DNA from: an uncultured Alphaproteobacteria bacterium
GTDB taxonomy: Bacteria; Pseudomonadota; Alphaproteobacteria; Rhodobacterales; Rhodobacteraceae
Length of the DNA stretch: 64,000 nucleotides
Reading direction: 5' to 3'
Assembly: GCA_902533625.1 (NCBI GenBank)
Contig: CACAMI010000003.1
Coordinates: 37,431 to 101,430 of the forward strand
In this document: positions 37,191 to 48,301 of the stretch, piece after piece
Position numbering within the stretch: position 1 is the stretch's first letter
How the letters are laid out: every line of letters begins with the position of its first letter
Position numbers and translations under genes: made by a program
Notes under the pieces: generated by a model
The model's database searches: none
Seen by the model: the letters and a program-made list of their open reading frames with translations, nothing else
What the model was told of the DNA's origin: nothing

Positions 37191-37269
37191 GTGTCGTCCT
37201 TAGCACTATTTTTGGGTGTGCAAGGTAGGATGCCGGTGTTTCATAACCGGAATAAAGGAGTAAGGCGCG

Positions 37270-38403
37270 TTGGTAGAAATCAACAAGACAGTTCTTTATA
37301 ATTTTCACTCTGAAATGGGAGGGAAGATGGTGCCATTTGCAGGTTATGAAATGCCTGTGCAATATGGCTCGGGTATAATGCAGGAACATTTATTCTGTCG
37401 AGAATCGTCAGCACTATTTGATGTTAGTCACATGGGCCAGATAATTGTAAGACCTTCTATGGGCAGAGGAAATAATATAGCTGAGCAGCTTGAAAAGTTG
37501 ATACCAGTCGACTTAAAGAATTTGGGTGAGAATCGACAAAGATATGGATTTTTTCTCAATGAAGATGGTGGAATAATTGATGATTTGATGATTGCCAATA
37601 AGGGAGATCATTTTCTCATTGTTGCAAACGCTGCAAGAAAAGAAATTGACTTGAAACATCTCAATGAAAAAATAGGTGGAAATGTGGACGTAGAGCTTCT
37701 TGAAGGTAGATCTTTAATAGCTGTTCAGGGACCAAAATCCGAAAAAATTCTATGTGAATTTTTCGACGACATCTCTAAAATGAAATTTTTGGATGTAAGA
37801 ACATTTAGCTACAAAGGCAAGGACATTTGGATTTCAAGATCAGGCTACACAGGTGAAGATGGTTTTGAAATATCAATAAAAGATGAATTAACCGAAGAAT
37901 TTGCAACTGATTTACTTAAAAGCGATTATGTTAAGTTGGCTGGTCTAGGGGCAAGAGACTCTCTTCGCTTGGAAGGGTCTCTCTGTCTTTATGGTCAGGA
38001 TATAAAGGAAGATATTTCCCCAGTTGAAGCGGGATTAACTTGGGCAATTCAAAAATCTCGACAGGAAGATGGCGAGAGGGGTAGAAGTTTTCCTGGAGCT
38101 GCTGTTATATATGATCAAATCAGAAATGGAGTGGAGAAAGTTAGAATTGGGCTGATTCCTGAAGGTAGAGCTCCAGTTCGAGGTGGAGTTAAACTATTTA
38201 AAGAACAAGAGGGAACAAGCTTAATAGGAGAAGTTACTTCAGGAGGCTATTCACCGTCCTTAGGTCATCCAATATCAATGGGCTATCTCTTTAGTAAAAC
38301 TAGGCACGATTTTGGAGACACGATTTTTGCAGAAGTAAGAGGCAAATTATTGCCAATAAGTGTAGTTGACATACCTTTTGTGCCAAATAAGTTTAAAAGA
38401 TAA
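37270..38403 (+). CDS. gcvT: Glycine cleavage system T protein (aminomethyltransferase)
   Basis: LYNFHSEMGGKMVPFAGYEMPVQY, SRSGYTGEDGFEIS. TTG start 9 nt after the AAGGAG SD. Confidence 0.9.
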   Translation: MVEINKTVLYNFHSEMGGKMVPFAGYEMPVQYGSGIMQEHLFCRESSALFDVSHMGQIIVRPSMGRGNNIAEQLEKLIPVDLKNLGENRQRYGFFLNEDGGIIDDLMIANKGDHFLIVANAARKEIDLKHLNEKIGGNVDVELLEGRSLIAVQGPKSEKILCEFFDDISKMKFLDVRTFSYKGKDIWISRSGYTGEDGFEISIKDELTEEFATDLLKSDYVKLAGLGARDSLRLEGSLCLYGQDIKEDISPVEAGLTWAIQKSRQEDGERGRSFPGAAVIYDQIRNGVEKVRIGLIPEGRAPVRGGVKLFKEQEGTSLIGEVTSGGYSPSLGHPISMGYLFSKTRHDFGDTIFAEVRGKLLPISVVDIPFVPNKFKR

Positions 38404-38418
38404 CAATGGGAGTAACGA

Positions 38419-38778
38419 ATGAAATATACTGAAGAACATGAATGGTTATTGAAAGAGGGTGATACAGTAACTGTCGGAATAACAGAGCATGCAGCTACTG
38501 AATTGGGAGATCTTGTTTTTGTTGAGTTACCTGAAGAAGGAATTTTGGTAAAAAAAGATCAGGAGATTGTTGTAATAGAGAGTGTAAAGGCTGCATCTGA
38601 TATCATGGCTCCTCTAGATGGACAGATTTTAGAGGTTAATTCTGCCATTGTAGACAATCCGACGCTTGTAAATGAAGATCCTACTGGAGAGGCATGGTTT
38701 TTTAAGATGAAGCTAGATAAACCAGATGAATATGATGATCTGCTAGATGAAGCAGAATATAAGGCCTTGATCGGATAA
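38419..38778 (+). CDS. gcvH: Glycine cleavage system H protein (lipoyl carrier)
   Basis: [27 protein letters not shown], lipoyl-lysine motif [10 protein letters not shown]. Confidence 0.95.
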   Translation: MKYTEEHEWLLKEGDTVTVGITEHAATELGDLVFVELPEEGILVKKDQEIVVIESVKAASDIMAPLDGQILEVNSAIVDNPTLVNEDPTGEAWFFKMKLDKPDEYDDLLDEAEYKALIG

Positions 38779-38803
38779 ATCAACTTAATCTTTAGGGGGG
38801 ATA

Positions 38804-41656
38804 ATGACTTTTGAACCAACAGAATATTTGCCGTATGACTTTGCCAATAGGAGGCATATAGGACCATCTCCAACTGAAATGCAGGAAATGTTTAGTTTGC
38901 TAAAAGTAAATGGTATTGATCAGCTTATTGACCAGACAATACCCAGGGAAATAAGACAAAAATCACCGTTAGAATGGGAAAAGCCAAGATCTGAAAGAGA
39001 GATGCTTTATCAAATGCGTGAAACCGCACGTAAAAACAAGCATATGACTACTTTAATTGGGCAAGGTTACTATGGCACTGTCACTCCCCCTGCAATACAA
39101 AGAAATATATTAGAGAACCCTGCATGGTATACGTCATATACTCCCTATCAGCCAGAAATATCCCAAGGAAGGCTAGAGGCGCTTTTAAATTTTCAGACGA
39201 TGATCAGTGATCTAACTGGCCTTGAGATTGCAAATGCCTCTCTTCTTGATGAATCAACTGCATGTGCCGAGGCAATGTCAATGGCAAATCGAATATCAAA
39301 AAGCAAATCTAATGTATTTTTTGTTGATCATAAGTGCCATCCCCAGAATATAGAAGTTATTAAAACAAGAGCTGAGCCACTAGGCTTTGAGATAATAATT
39401 GGGGATCCAGAAAAGGAGCTAGACTATTCAGGGGTCTTTGGAGCGATATTTCAGTATCCTGGAACTTTCGGGTTTCTTAGAGATTTTACTAAACATATAG
39501 AAAAACTTCATTCTTTTCAGGCTATAGCGACTGTTGTGGCTGATCCTCTTGCCCTTACTCTATTAAAGGAACCTGGAGCCATGGGAGCAGATATAGCTGT
39601 GGGATCGACGCAGAGGTTTGGAGTCCCTCAGGGATTTGGAGGTCCGCATGCAGCATACATGGCAACAAAAGAGCAGCATAAAAGATCAATGCCTGGTAGA
39701 ATAGTTGGTGTATCAATTGATAGCAGAGGGAATAGGGCTTACCGATTGGCGCTGCAAACTAGAGAGCAGCATATTAGGCGAGAAAAGGCAACAAGCAATG
39801 TTTGCACAGCACAAGCTCTTCTCGCAGTTATGGCTTCATTTTATGCTGTAATGCATGGACCAGAAGGTTTGAAAGCAATTGCCCAACGAATTCATAGAAA
39901 GACCGTCAGGTTGGCAAAAGGACTTGAAACGGTTGGCTTAAAAATAGAGCAGGAACACTTTTTTGATACTATCACTGTTGATGTAGGTTCAATGCAAAAT
40001 GTAATAATTAAGTCAGCAGTAAATGAAAATATAAATCTGAGGAGAGTTGGAGAATCAAGAATTGGAATCTCTTTAGATGAAAGAACCAGGCCAGCTACGA
40101 TTGAGGCAATTTGGCGAGCTTTTGGAATATCGCTTAAGGATGAGGATTTGACAGCGGAATATCGAATACCAGATAACTTATTAAGAGAATCTGATTTTTT
40201 AACTCATCCTGTTTTTCACATGAATAGAGCTGAAAGTGAAATGACCAGATATATGAGGAGGCTTGTTGACAGAGATATTGCTTTAGATAGATCAATGATA
40301 CCTTTGGGTTCTTGTACAATGAAATTGAATGCCTCAGCTGAAATGCTTCCGCTTACTTGGCCAGAATTTTCACAGGTTCATCCCTTTGTTCCTGAAGATC
40401 AAGCCTTGGGGTATAAGGAGATGATAACTGATTTATCTAAAAAGTTATGTGATGTAACTGGCTATGATGCCATATCGATGCAATCAAACTCTGGCGCCCA
40501 AGGAGAATATGCGGGTTTGCTAACAATAAATGCATATCATAAGTCCAGAGGGGAGGAGAGTAGGGATATTTGTCTCATTCCAGTTTCTGCTCACGGAACA
40601 AATCCAGCATCTGCTCAAATGGCTGGGCTAAGAGTTGTTCCTGTAAAGACATCTGATAATGGGGATGTAGATCTAGATGACTTTAGAAACAAGGCAAAAG
40701 AAAATGCTCAGCATCTAGCAGCTTGCATGATAACCTATCCGTCAACTCATGGAGTTTTTGAAGGAACCGTACAGGAAATATGCAAGATAACTCACGATTT
40801 TGGTGGGCAAGTTTATTTGGATGGTGCAAACCTAAATGCGATGGTTGGCTTAGTTAAGCCTGGTGAATTAGGTGCTGATGTAAGCCACTTAAATTTGCAT
40901 AAGACTTTTGCAATACCTCATGGTGGTGGTGGGCCTGGAATGGGCCCCATTGGTGTAAAAAAACATTTGGAAAAATTCTTACCTGGTCATCCAATGTCTG
41001 ATAATAGGCCAGGAGCTGTTTCAGGTGCGCCATATGGTTCAGGTTCTATACTTGCGATATCATGGAGTTATTGTTTAATGATGGGTGGTAGTGGTTTAAC
41101 CCAAGCAACTCGAGTAGCTATTCTTAATGCAAACTATATTGCAAAAAGATTAAGTGCTGTTTATCCCATACTTTATAAAGGCCCAAATGATCGAATAGCG
41201 CATGAATGTATTATTGATGTTAGGCCTATGACAGATGAAACAGGTGTTACTGTCGATGACATAGCCAAAAGGTTGGTGGATTGTGGATTTCATGCCCCTA
41301 CCATGAGCTTTCCTGTTGCAGGCACTTTAATGATTGAACCTACAGAAAGTGAAACAAAAGCCGAATTGGATAGGTTTTGTGATGCAATGATTGCAATCCA
41401 TGCAGAGGCTGAAGATATAAAGGATGGAAGAATTGATAAAGAAAATAATCCTCTAAAAAATGCTCCACATACAGTTGAAGATTTAGTTGGAGACTGGAAT
41501 CGACCATACACAAGAGAGCAAGCTTGTTTCCCACCAGGAGCATTTAGAGTCGATAAGTACTGGCCACCGGTGAATAGGGTAGATAATGCCTTTGGGGATA
41601 GAAATTTGATCTGTACCTGCCCTCCTATGTCAGATTATTTGGAAGCAGCAGAGTAA
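38804..41656 (+). CDS. gcvP: Glycine dehydrogenase (decarboxylating), single-chain P protein
   Basis: 950 aa. [26 protein letters not shown]-lysine block [18 protein letters not shown]. Confidence 0.95.
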   Translation: MTFEPTEYLPYDFANRRHIGPSPTEMQEMFSLLKVNGIDQLIDQTIPREIRQKSPLEWEKPRSEREMLYQMRETARKNKHMTTLIGQGYYGTVTPPAIQRNILENPAWYTSYTPYQPEISQGRLEALLNFQTMISDLTGLEIANASLLDESTACAEAMSMANRISKSKSNVFFVDHKCHPQNIEVIKTRAEPLGFEIIIGDPEKELDYSGVFGAIFQYPGTFGFLRDFTKHIEKLHSFQAIATVVADPLALTLLKEPGAMGADIAVGSTQRFGVPQGFGGPHAAYMATKEQHKRSMPGRIVGVSIDSRGNRAYRLALQTREQHIRREKATSNVCTAQALLAVMASFYAVMHGPEGLKAIAQRIHRKTVRLAKGLETVGLKIEQEHFFDTITVDVGSMQNVIIKSAVNENINLRRVGESRIGISLDERTRPATIEAIWRAFGISLKDEDLTAEYRIPDNLLRESDFLTHPVFHMNRAESEMTRYMRRLVDRDIALDRSMIPLGSCTMKLNASAEMLPLTWPEFSQVHPFVPEDQALGYKEMITDLSKKLCDVTGYDAISMQSNSGAQGEYAGLLTINAYHKSRGEESRDICLIPVSAHGTNPASAQMAGLRVVPVKTSDNGDVDLDDFRNKAKENAQHLAACMITYPSTHGVFEGTVQEICKITHDFGGQVYLDGANLNAMVGLVKPGELGADVSHLNLHKTFAIPHGGGGPGMGPIGVKKHLEKFLPGHPMSDNRPGAVSGAPYGSGSILAISWSYCLMMGGSGLTQATRVAILNANYIAKRLSAVYPILYKGPNDRIAHECIIDVRPMTDETGVTVDDIAKRLVDCGFHAPTMSFPVAGTLMIEPTESETKAELDRFCDAMIAIHAEAEDIKDGRIDKENNPLKNAPHTVEDLVGDWNRPYTREQACFPPGAFRVDKYWPPVNRVDNAFGDRNLICTCPPMSDYLEAAE

Positions 41657-41714
41657 GAAAAATTAGTATAGGATACACAGATTAAATTAGCTTAAAAGAA
41701 AAGTGGAGGTTCCC

Positions 41715-42929
41715 ATGAGTGGTCCCTTAGAAGGTGTGAAAGTATTAGATTTGACGGCCATGATTTCTGGCCCAACTGCTACTATGATTCTGGCTGATCA
41801 AGGAGCCCAGGTCATAAAAATAGAAAACCCTAAGTTTGGAGATTACACTAGGATAGTATCCACAAATAGAAACGGGTTCTCTGCTGCTTTTTTAAATAAT
41901 AATAGAAATAAATATTCAGTTGCAATTAACTTGAAAGACAAAGATGGAGTAGATCTATTAAAAAAAATGGTAAAAGACAGTGATGTTTTTATACAAAATT
42001 TCAGGCCTGAGGTAGCTGACCGTATGGGTTTGGGGGAAAAAGTTTTAAGAGCCATTAATCCGTCACTAATTTATGTTTCTATATGTGGCTTTGGTTTTTC
42101 TGGACCTTATGCTCAAAAACCCGTTTATGACCCACTTGTTCAAGCACTTTCAGGTCTTACGACAGTTCAAGCTGGTTCAGATGAGGAAAGGCCACGACTT
42201 GTTAGAACAATCCTACCTGATAAATTAACGGGTTATGCGACGGCACAAGCGATATGTGCTTCTCTTTTTCAAAAGCTCAAATCAGGTAAGGGAGATCATA
42301 TTAGAGTTTCCATGTTAGACACTGTCTTAGCATTTTTGTGGGGTTCAGATATGGGGGGACATACATTTGTTGGGGATGAATATGAAAAAGAAACTGCACA
42401 AAGTTTTATTGACTTAATTTATGAAACTGCAGACGGATTCATTAGTGTTGCTGTTCAGTCGGACAAAGAGTGGAAAGCTTTATGTAATGCATTTGAAAAA
42501 AAGGAATTGATAAACGATGAAAGATTTTTTAATGCAGAGTTGAGACATAGAAACATAGATGATCGCTTAAGGTTAACGCAGGAGACGCTGAAAGAAAAAA
42601 AATCAGTTGAGTGGTTAGAAATTCTCACGAAATATGATGTCCCTTGTGCTCCAGTTTTGACAAGGAAAGAAGCCATTCGCCATCCTCAAGTAGTCAATAA
42701 CAAATCAATTATAGAAATAAACCATTCTGAGGCTGGAAGAATAAGGCAGTGTGTTCCAGCACCTAGATTTTCTCAATTTCCTGTTTCATTTATGAGAGAA
42801 GCTCCTTCCCTGGGAGGTGATACAGATAAAATTCTACCGCAATTTGGACTTTCAGAAGAAGAAATAAATAGTTTAATTCAAAAGAAAGTATTAGCTGGGC
42901 CAAAAATCTCAAGTGAAGAAAATGTCTAA
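41715..42929 (+). CDS. Family III CoA-transferase (CaiB/BaiF/Frc family)
   Basis: GPLEGVKVLDLTAMISGPTATMILADQGAQVIKIE, FIQNFRPEV, YVSICGFG. GGAGG SD before the ATG at 41715. Confidence 0.85.
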   Translation: MSGPLEGVKVLDLTAMISGPTATMILADQGAQVIKIENPKFGDYTRIVSTNRNGFSAAFLNNNRNKYSVAINLKDKDGVDLLKKMVKDSDVFIQNFRPEVADRMGLGEKVLRAINPSLIYVSICGFGFSGPYAQKPVYDPLVQALSGLTTVQAGSDEERPRLVRTILPDKLTGYATAQAICASLFQKLKSGKGDHIRVSMLDTVLAFLWGSDMGGHTFVGDEYEKETAQSFIDLIYETADGFISVAVQSDKEWKALCNAFEKKELINDERFFNAELRHRNIDDRLRLTQETLKEKKSVEWLEILTKYDVPCAPVLTRKEAIRHPQVVNNKSIIEINHSEAGRIRQCVPAPRFSQFPVSFMREAPSLGGDTDKILPQFGLSEEEINSLIQKKVLAGPKISSEENV

Positions 42930-43560
42930 ACCAATAGACTTCTATTACTCACCGACACCTAATGGTTGGAAAATTAGCATAATGCTTGAAGAGTGTGAGT
43001 TGCCTTATAATACCATCTTAATGGATTTGAAGAAGGGAGATCAATTTCAATCAGATTTTCTGCGAATTAGTCCCAATAATCGCATGCCAGCTATTGTTGA
43101 TTATAATGAAAAAAGTGCCCCGGTGACGATTTTTGAATCTGGGGCTATTCTTTTATATCTTGCTGAAAAAACTGGAAAGTTTATCCCAAATTCGAAGTTA
43201 GGTAAGAAGAAAGTAATGGAGTGGCTTTTCTGGCAAGTTGGCAATTTGGGCCCAATGGGAGGTCAGCATAGTCATTTTTGGAATTATGCTCCAGAATCCG
43301 AAAAAGATGGTTACGCTGCTAATAGGTACGCTGAAGAATATGATCGTTGCTTAGAAGTCCTTGAGCGACAACTGCAGGGCCAGGAGTACATTGTAAATGA
43401 ATACTCTATAGCAGACATAATTTCCTGGCCATGGGTTCTGATAGCAAAAGCTATGGGGAGGTCACTTGATGCCTATCCTAATGTTACCAATTGGCGGCAA
43501 CGTGTGAAGGAACGGCCTGCAGTTAGGAAAGGTGTGGATTTAATGCGGGCAAAAAGCTGA
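42922..43560 (+). CDS. Nu-class glutathione S-transferase (YfcG/YghU-like)
   Basis: TPNGWKISIMLEE...GDQFQSDFLRISPNNRMPAIVD...ESGAILLYLAEK parallels E. coli YfcG. The start overlaps the upstream stop by 8 nt. Confidence 0.8.
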   Translation: MSKPIDFYYSPTPNGWKISIMLEECELPYNTILMDLKKGDQFQSDFLRISPNNRMPAIVDYNEKSAPVTIFESGAILLYLAEKTGKFIPNSKLGKKKVMEWLFWQVGNLGPMGGQHSHFWNYAPESEKDGYAANRYAEEYDRCLEVLERQLQGQEYIVNEYSIADIISWPWVLIAKAMGRSLDAYPNVTNWRQRVKERPAVRKGVDLMRAKS

Positions 43561-43574
43561 GTTTATTTGTCACT

Positions 43575-44210
43575 TCAGCTTGGTTTAAAAAAATCCGGAT
43601 GAGCATTAATGAAAGCTGGGTGTTTATTGCAAGACTGTATGATCGAATTAATTCGTGATAAATGAGCAATATCTACTTCCCATCTCATAGCATTGTAAAT
43701 TTGTGGAATAAGACATATATCAGGAAGTGATGGTGTATCATCTACGCTGTAACTTCCCTTTGGGAAATCCTCTAGCAGCTTTTCAAATGCTTCAAGCCCA
43801 GGGCCAATAAATTTTTTCATCCACTTTTGTTTGTAATTTTTCTCTCCAGAAATCTCTTCTGCATGAGATGATACTGAGAGATTACATATGGGGTGTATGT
43901 CGATAGCTATAGCATAAGCTAATGCGGTTACCCTTGCCCTCTTAGCATGGTCTTTGGGTAACAAGTCTAAGCCTCTGGTTTCATTTAAGTATTCAATAAT
44001 AGACAAAGACTGTGTAAAAGATTGGTTATCAATATTAATTACTGGGACAAAACTTTGGGGATTCCGCTTTAAGTGGTTCTCTAATCTATGATCGCCCTTA
44101 AAAATATCGACTGACACTGTTTCAAAAGGCAAGCCGGCGAGATTTAACGCGATTCTTACTCTATAACTAGCTGAGGATCTCCAGTAGTCATACAATGTAA
44201 TTTTAGACAA
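43575..44210 (-). CDS. maiA: Maleylacetoacetate isomerase (zeta-class GST)
   Basis: Zeta signature LYDYWRSSASYRVRIALNL. Last gene of the homogentisate operon. TTG start. Confidence 0.8.
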   Translation of the reverse strand: MSKITLYDYWRSSASYRVRIALNLAGLPFETVSVDIFKGDHRLENHLKRNPQSFVPVINIDNQSFTQSLSIIEYLNETRGLDLLPKDHAKRARVTALAYAIAIDIHPICNLSVSSHAEEISGEKNYKQKWMKKFIGPGLEAFEKLLEDFPKGSYSVDDTPSLPDICLIPQIYNAMRWEVDIAHLSRINSIIQSCNKHPAFINAHPDFFKPS

Positions 44211-44213
44211 TTT

Positions 44214-44405
44214 CTATCTCCTTTTTGCTATTTCCAAAGCCTCTGCCAATATTTCAGGGTCACCAACTTGATTGGATAGAATTAGAATTAGCCTCGAATT
44301 AAATTCAATACTTTCTTCCTCACTTAGGCCTTCGTGGGCAGCTATGAGTTTAGAATAAAATTCATCATTATTTTTTATATTTGGCTTTAAATTTATTTTT
44401 CCCAT
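44214..44405 (-). CDS. DUF2783-type small protein (63 aa), candidate coupling subunit (MhaB-like) for the adjacent flavin hydroxylase
   Basis: The start overlaps the stop of the upstream FAD hydroxylase (TAATG). Its size and position match the small partner of the two-component 3-hydroxyphenylacetate 6-hydroxylase described in Pseudomonas putida U (from memory). Confidence 0.5.
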   Translation of the reverse strand: MGKINLKPNIKNNDEFYSKLIAAHEGLSEEESIEFNSRLILILSNQVGDPEILAEALEIAKRR

Positions 44406-46012
44406 TAGTTACCCGTAGCTTTTTTTAGTGCTTCTAACAAAATTTCCTTATCGTAACTTGGCCATCTTCCAGCTATATGCTGATCAGGGCGTAAAAGGTA
44501 AACGGCCTCTTTATATTGGCCTAAGAATCTGTCACGCATGAAATCTTTATTTTCATCTCCTTCTGTGATTTCGATGGTTTTTACAGGTAAGAAAAAATCT
44601 TCTAAAGTTTCAGTAATTTTACAATTAAAAGTCAACACACAAAATTGGTTTCCAGTTTTATTCAATAGGTAGTCATCATTAAAAGGTAGGTCTGGACATG
44701 GAGCACCCACCCTTGACCTTGTGGGGTTTTTCATTCCATCCAAGCTGTTTAGCCTTGAATTATCATAAGTTGAGGGTGTTGACAACCTTCCTGAATTGAC
44801 TAATGGTCTAGCAAAATCATATCTTTCAGAGAGCTCAAGTACAGCATTTCGAAACGCCATACTGATTTTTGATTTGGGTGTTATGAAGTCCGTAGATCGT
44901 GAGGAATTAATAATATTTTCTTCAGCTGCAAAAACGCGTTCGAAGTTATAGCTATCCAGTAAGCTTACTGGTGCCCTCTCCTCCAGTACAAGTTTCAATT
45001 TCCAACAAAGGTTGTCAACATCTTGTACTCCTGAATTAGCCCCTCTCGCTCCAAAAGGTGAAACTTGGTGTGCACTATCTCCAGCAAATAAAATTCTACC
45101 GTGTTTAAACTTTTCCATTTTCATGCATTGAAAAGTATAAATACTGACCCATTCAAGCTTAAAATTTACTTCTTCACCTAGCATGGCCTTCAATCTTGGT
45201 ATAACGTTTTCTTCTCTTTTTTCTGTTTCTTTATCTATGTCCCAACCTAGTTGTAAATCTATTCTCCAAACCCCATCTGGTTGTTTGTGAAGTAATGCTG
45301 ATTGTCCTTTATTGAAGGGAGGATCAAACCAGAACCGCCTTTCAGTTGGGAATTCCGCGTCCATTGTTACATCTGCGATCAAAAAATTATCTTCAAAAAT
45401 TTGCCCATCAAAGTCTAATCCCAACGAGGATCTAACAGTACTTTTAGGTCCATCACATGCGATTAGCCAGTCGCAAGATAATGAATAATTTCCGTCCATG
45501 GTGTTAATATTTAGGGTTACTTTGTCAGGCTCATTTATTACTTCCTCAACTTTATTGCCTCCCCTAATTTCAATGGAGTAACCTTTTTCTTGAAGCTCCC
45601 TAATCCGTGAAACCAAGTATTCTTCTACGTAATATTGTTGCAGGTTAATAAATGCAGGATATTGATGTCCGTCTTCGGGAAGTAGGTTGAATTCATAAAC
45701 TTTTTTATTGTCAAAAAAAACTTTTCCCAGGTTCCAAATTACACCTTTATCAAGCATTTTTTTACCAACCCCTAGCCGCTCAGAGATTTCTAAAGCTCTT
45801 TTTGATACACAGATTGCTCTGCTTCCGTTGCTAACTTTGTCACTCTCGTCAAGTACTAAGACTTCCACTCCTTGAATGGCAAGATCAATTGCAGCACTTA
45901 GTCCAACAGGTCCCGCACCAATTATAAGGACTCTGTAATGGCTTAAATTTTTAGAATCCTGGTCTGTTGATTTTTGGTATTTATATAATGGGGTATTAAA
46001 GATCTGATACAA
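44405..46012 (-). CDS. FAD-dependent aromatic hydroxylase (MhpA/PheA-TfdB family; MhaA-like)
   Basis: VLIIGAGPVGLSAAIDL, CDGPKSTVR, FAGDSAHQVSPFGARGANSGVQD. 535 aa with a thioredoxin-like C-terminal extension typical of this family. Confidence 0.75.
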   Translation of the reverse strand: MYQIFNTPLYKYQKSTDQDSKNLSHYRVLIIGAGPVGLSAAIDLAIQGVEVLVLDESDKVSNGSRAICVSKRALEISERLGVGKKMLDKGVIWNLGKVFFDNKKVYEFNLLPEDGHQYPAFINLQQYYVEEYLVSRIRELQEKGYSIEIRGGNKVEEVINEPDKVTLNINTMDGNYSLSCDWLIACDGPKSTVRSSLGLDFDGQIFEDNFLIADVTMDAEFPTERRFWFDPPFNKGQSALLHKQPDGVWRIDLQLGWDIDKETEKREENVIPRLKAMLGEEVNFKLEWVSIYTFQCMKMEKFKHGRILFAGDSAHQVSPFGARGANSGVQDVDNLCWKLKLVLEERAPVSLLDSYNFERVFAAEENIINSSRSTDFITPKSKISMAFRNAVLELSERYDFARPLVNSGRLSTPSTYDNSRLNSLDGMKNPTRSRVGAPCPDLPFNDDYLLNKTGNQFCVLTFNCKITETLEDFFLPVKTIEITEGDENKDFMRDRFLGQYKEAVYLLRPDQHIAGRWPSYDKEILLEALKKATGN

Positions 46013-46054
46013 CTGTTTAGCCTTATTTATTTCCTCGGTCAGAAATTCTAAAAT

Positions 46055-47005
46055 TTATCCCTGAAGTTCATCCCACATTTCTAAATCCCTTTGGGCAGTC
46101 CAAATTCTTGGATGGTCAATTCCCCTAGCTTCATCAAAAGCTCTGGAAACATTAAAGGGCAAACAGTGCTCATATATAGCGTAGTCTGAAAATTTATGAT
46201 CACATTCAGATCTTACTAGATCCCAGGCCTCTTTAAGAGTTCCATTTTTTGAAGCAATATTTACAACAGGACGATAGGTACTTTCTACAAAATCTCTAGT
46301 ACATTCAATTGCTTCATTAACCAATTCAGTGCCTATTAAGGCATCTCCTCGGCCGGGAGCAATGGCATTTAAATGGTAGGACTTTATTTTATTTAACGTG
46401 TTGCCCCAATCAGAAAAATGACCATCACCGCAGTAGCAGGCTGATTTATATTCAACAATATCACCAGTAAACATAACGTTTTGGTCCGGGACATGTATTA
46501 CTATGTCTCCAGCAGTATGGGCCCTTCCAAGGTGTTTTAAATCAACTCTTCTATTTCCCAAATAAATGGTCATTGAGTCACTAAAAGTTGTTGTCGGCCA
46601 TGTCAGGCCAGGAATTTTTTCGTGACCTTCAAATAATCGAGGAAAGCGTTGAAATTCGCTATCCCAATCCTCTTGCCCACGTTCGACAACCATTGATCTA
46701 GCGGTGTCAGACATTATTATTTCATTTGCGCCATATGTTGAAGCGCCCAAAACTCTAACTGCATGATAGTGTGTTAATACTATATGGGTTATTGGCTTGT
46801 CAGTAACTTTTCTGATCTCTGCAACAACTTTCTCAGCTAGTAATGGAGTTGCTTGTGCTTCTATTACCATTACGCTTTCATCACCAATAATTACACCAGA
46901 ATTTGGATCTCCTTCAGCGGTAAAAGCATAAAGACCTTCACCAATTTCAGTAAAGCTAATTGTCTTTTCATCCATATCATTTTGTGATGCAAATTTCTTA
47001 ACCAT
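46055..47005 (-). CDS. Metallo-beta-lactamase-fold protein with a non-canonical metal motif
   Basis: MBL layout, but the first motif reads THYHAVR instead of HxHxDH. Later AHTAGD and FTGD. Embedded in the hmgA operon. Confidence 0.65.
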   Translation of the reverse strand: MVKKFASQNDMDEKTISFTEIGEGLYAFTAEGDPNSGVIIGDESVMVIEAQATPLLAEKVVAEIRKVTDKPITHIVLTHYHAVRVLGASTYGANEIIMSDTARSMVVERGQEDWDSEFQRFPRLFEGHEKIPGLTWPTTTFSDSMTIYLGNRRVDLKHLGRAHTAGDIVIHVPDQNVMFTGDIVEYKSACYCGDGHFSDWGNTLNKIKSYHLNAIAPGRGDALIGTELVNEAIECTRDFVESTYRPVVNIASKNGTLKEAWDLVRSECDHKFSDYAIYEHCLPFNVSRAFDEARGIDHPRIWTAQRDLEMWDELQG

Positions 47006-47024
47006 ATTCTATTCCTTACTTAAT

Positions 47025-48260
47025 TTATTTTTCTGCTGGCAAAATTCTTCCGGAACATGTTCCAAAACCAATAGAATAATTGGAGCCATTACATTGTCCT
47101 CGTAAAGTTAATATATCCCCATCCTCAAGAAATGTTCGAGTTTCATTATTCTCAAGTTTTATAGGGTCTTTTCCACCCCAACTTAATTCAAGCATACTCC
47201 CTCGCTGACTTTTTTCTTCACCGGAAATAGTTCCTGAGCCTATTAAATCGCAAACATTCATTGGGCATCCGCTAGAGGTATGGTGAGCTATTTGCTGGGC
47301 TGATGAATAATACATTTCACTAAAATTTGTGGTTGATAGAATTAGTTCATGTGATTTTTGCGTTTGTATGTAAGTTGATAGTTCAATGTCATATAACATT
47401 GGTTTTGTATCTTTTAGGTATGGTAAAAGCTCATATTCTCGCTTAGGGGTTGAGCATCTAAATGGTTCTAGTGCATCTTTTGTTACAATCCAAGGACTAA
47501 TGCTAGTGGCTGTGGCTTTAGCTTGAAATGGACCCAATGGAACGTATTCCCAAGCTTGAATGTCTCTGGCTGACCAATCATTTAAAATAACATATCCAAA
47601 AATCATGTCATCAGCTTGGTCAACTGAAACGGGCCCATTACTTCCTTTGCCAACAATTGCTCCCATTTCTAATTCAAAATCGAATCGCCGACTTGGTAGG
47701 AATTTTGGAATATCAAAATCAGGTCCCTTTAGTTGACCGTGTGGTCGACGTATATCCGTCCCAGATACTACAACAGATGACGCCCTTCCATTATATCCAA
47801 TTGGCATATGGAGCCAGTTTGGAGGAAGAGCATTTTCTGGACCCCTAAACATTGTGCCAACATTTTGTGCATGATTTCGGCCAGAATAAAAATCAGTATA
47901 CTCTGCTACTTTAATGGGCAGATGCATAGTTGCATCAGATTCTTTATGTATCAACTTGAGTATTTCTTCTTTATTGCTGAAATCTTTATGGAGGTATTCG
48001 ATGAGCCTTTGTCGTAATTCAGTCCATTTTTCTTCTCCTAAGGCGATAAAATCATTCCAGTAAGGGCTTTCAAATACACCCCCAAAATTTATATGACCCT
48101 CATTTTCCATGGTCTTTAGATCTAAAATCATATCTCCAACCCTAACTCCACACCGAGGACCATCTTTTTTTGTGGAAAAAACTCCATAAGGAAGATTGTT
48201 CAGTGGGAAAGGATTATTCGGAGCGTTAGCCGTTTCAACCCAACTTAAAATTAAAGACAA
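47025..48260 (-). CDS. fahA: Fumarylacetoacetase
   Basis: NPFPLNNLPYGVF N-terminus, FELEMGAIVG, NDWSARDIQAWEYVPLGPF. Confidence 0.9.
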   Translation of the reverse strand: MSLILSWVETANAPNNPFPLNNLPYGVFSTKKDGPRCGVRVGDMILDLKTMENEGHINFGGVFESPYWNDFIALGEEKWTELRQRLIEYLHKDFSNKEEILKLIHKESDATMHLPIKVAEYTDFYSGRNHAQNVGTMFRGPENALPPNWLHMPIGYNGRASSVVVSGTDIRRPHGQLKGPDFDIPKFLPSRRFDFELEMGAIVGKGSNGPVSVDQADDMIFGYVILNDWSARDIQAWEYVPLGPFQAKATATSISPWIVTKDALEPFRCSTPKREYELLPYLKDTKPMLYDIELSTYIQTQKSHELILSTTNFSEMYYSSAQQIAHHTSSGCPMNVCDLIGSGTISGEEKSQRGSMLELSWGGKDPIKLENNETRTFLEDGDILTLRGQCNGSNYSIGFGTCSGRILPAEK

Positions 48261-48301
48261 TATATTTCTCCCAATTTTATTACTGATTTACTTCTATTCA
48301 T

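Noticed and set aside
37123-37389. 88-aa minus-strand ORF upstream of and overlapping the gcvT start
   Set aside because: It lies antisense to the tandem glycine riboswitch and the gcvT 5' end. It has no SD and a low-complexity, Arg/Leu-rich translation, so it is an artefact of the structured RNA region.
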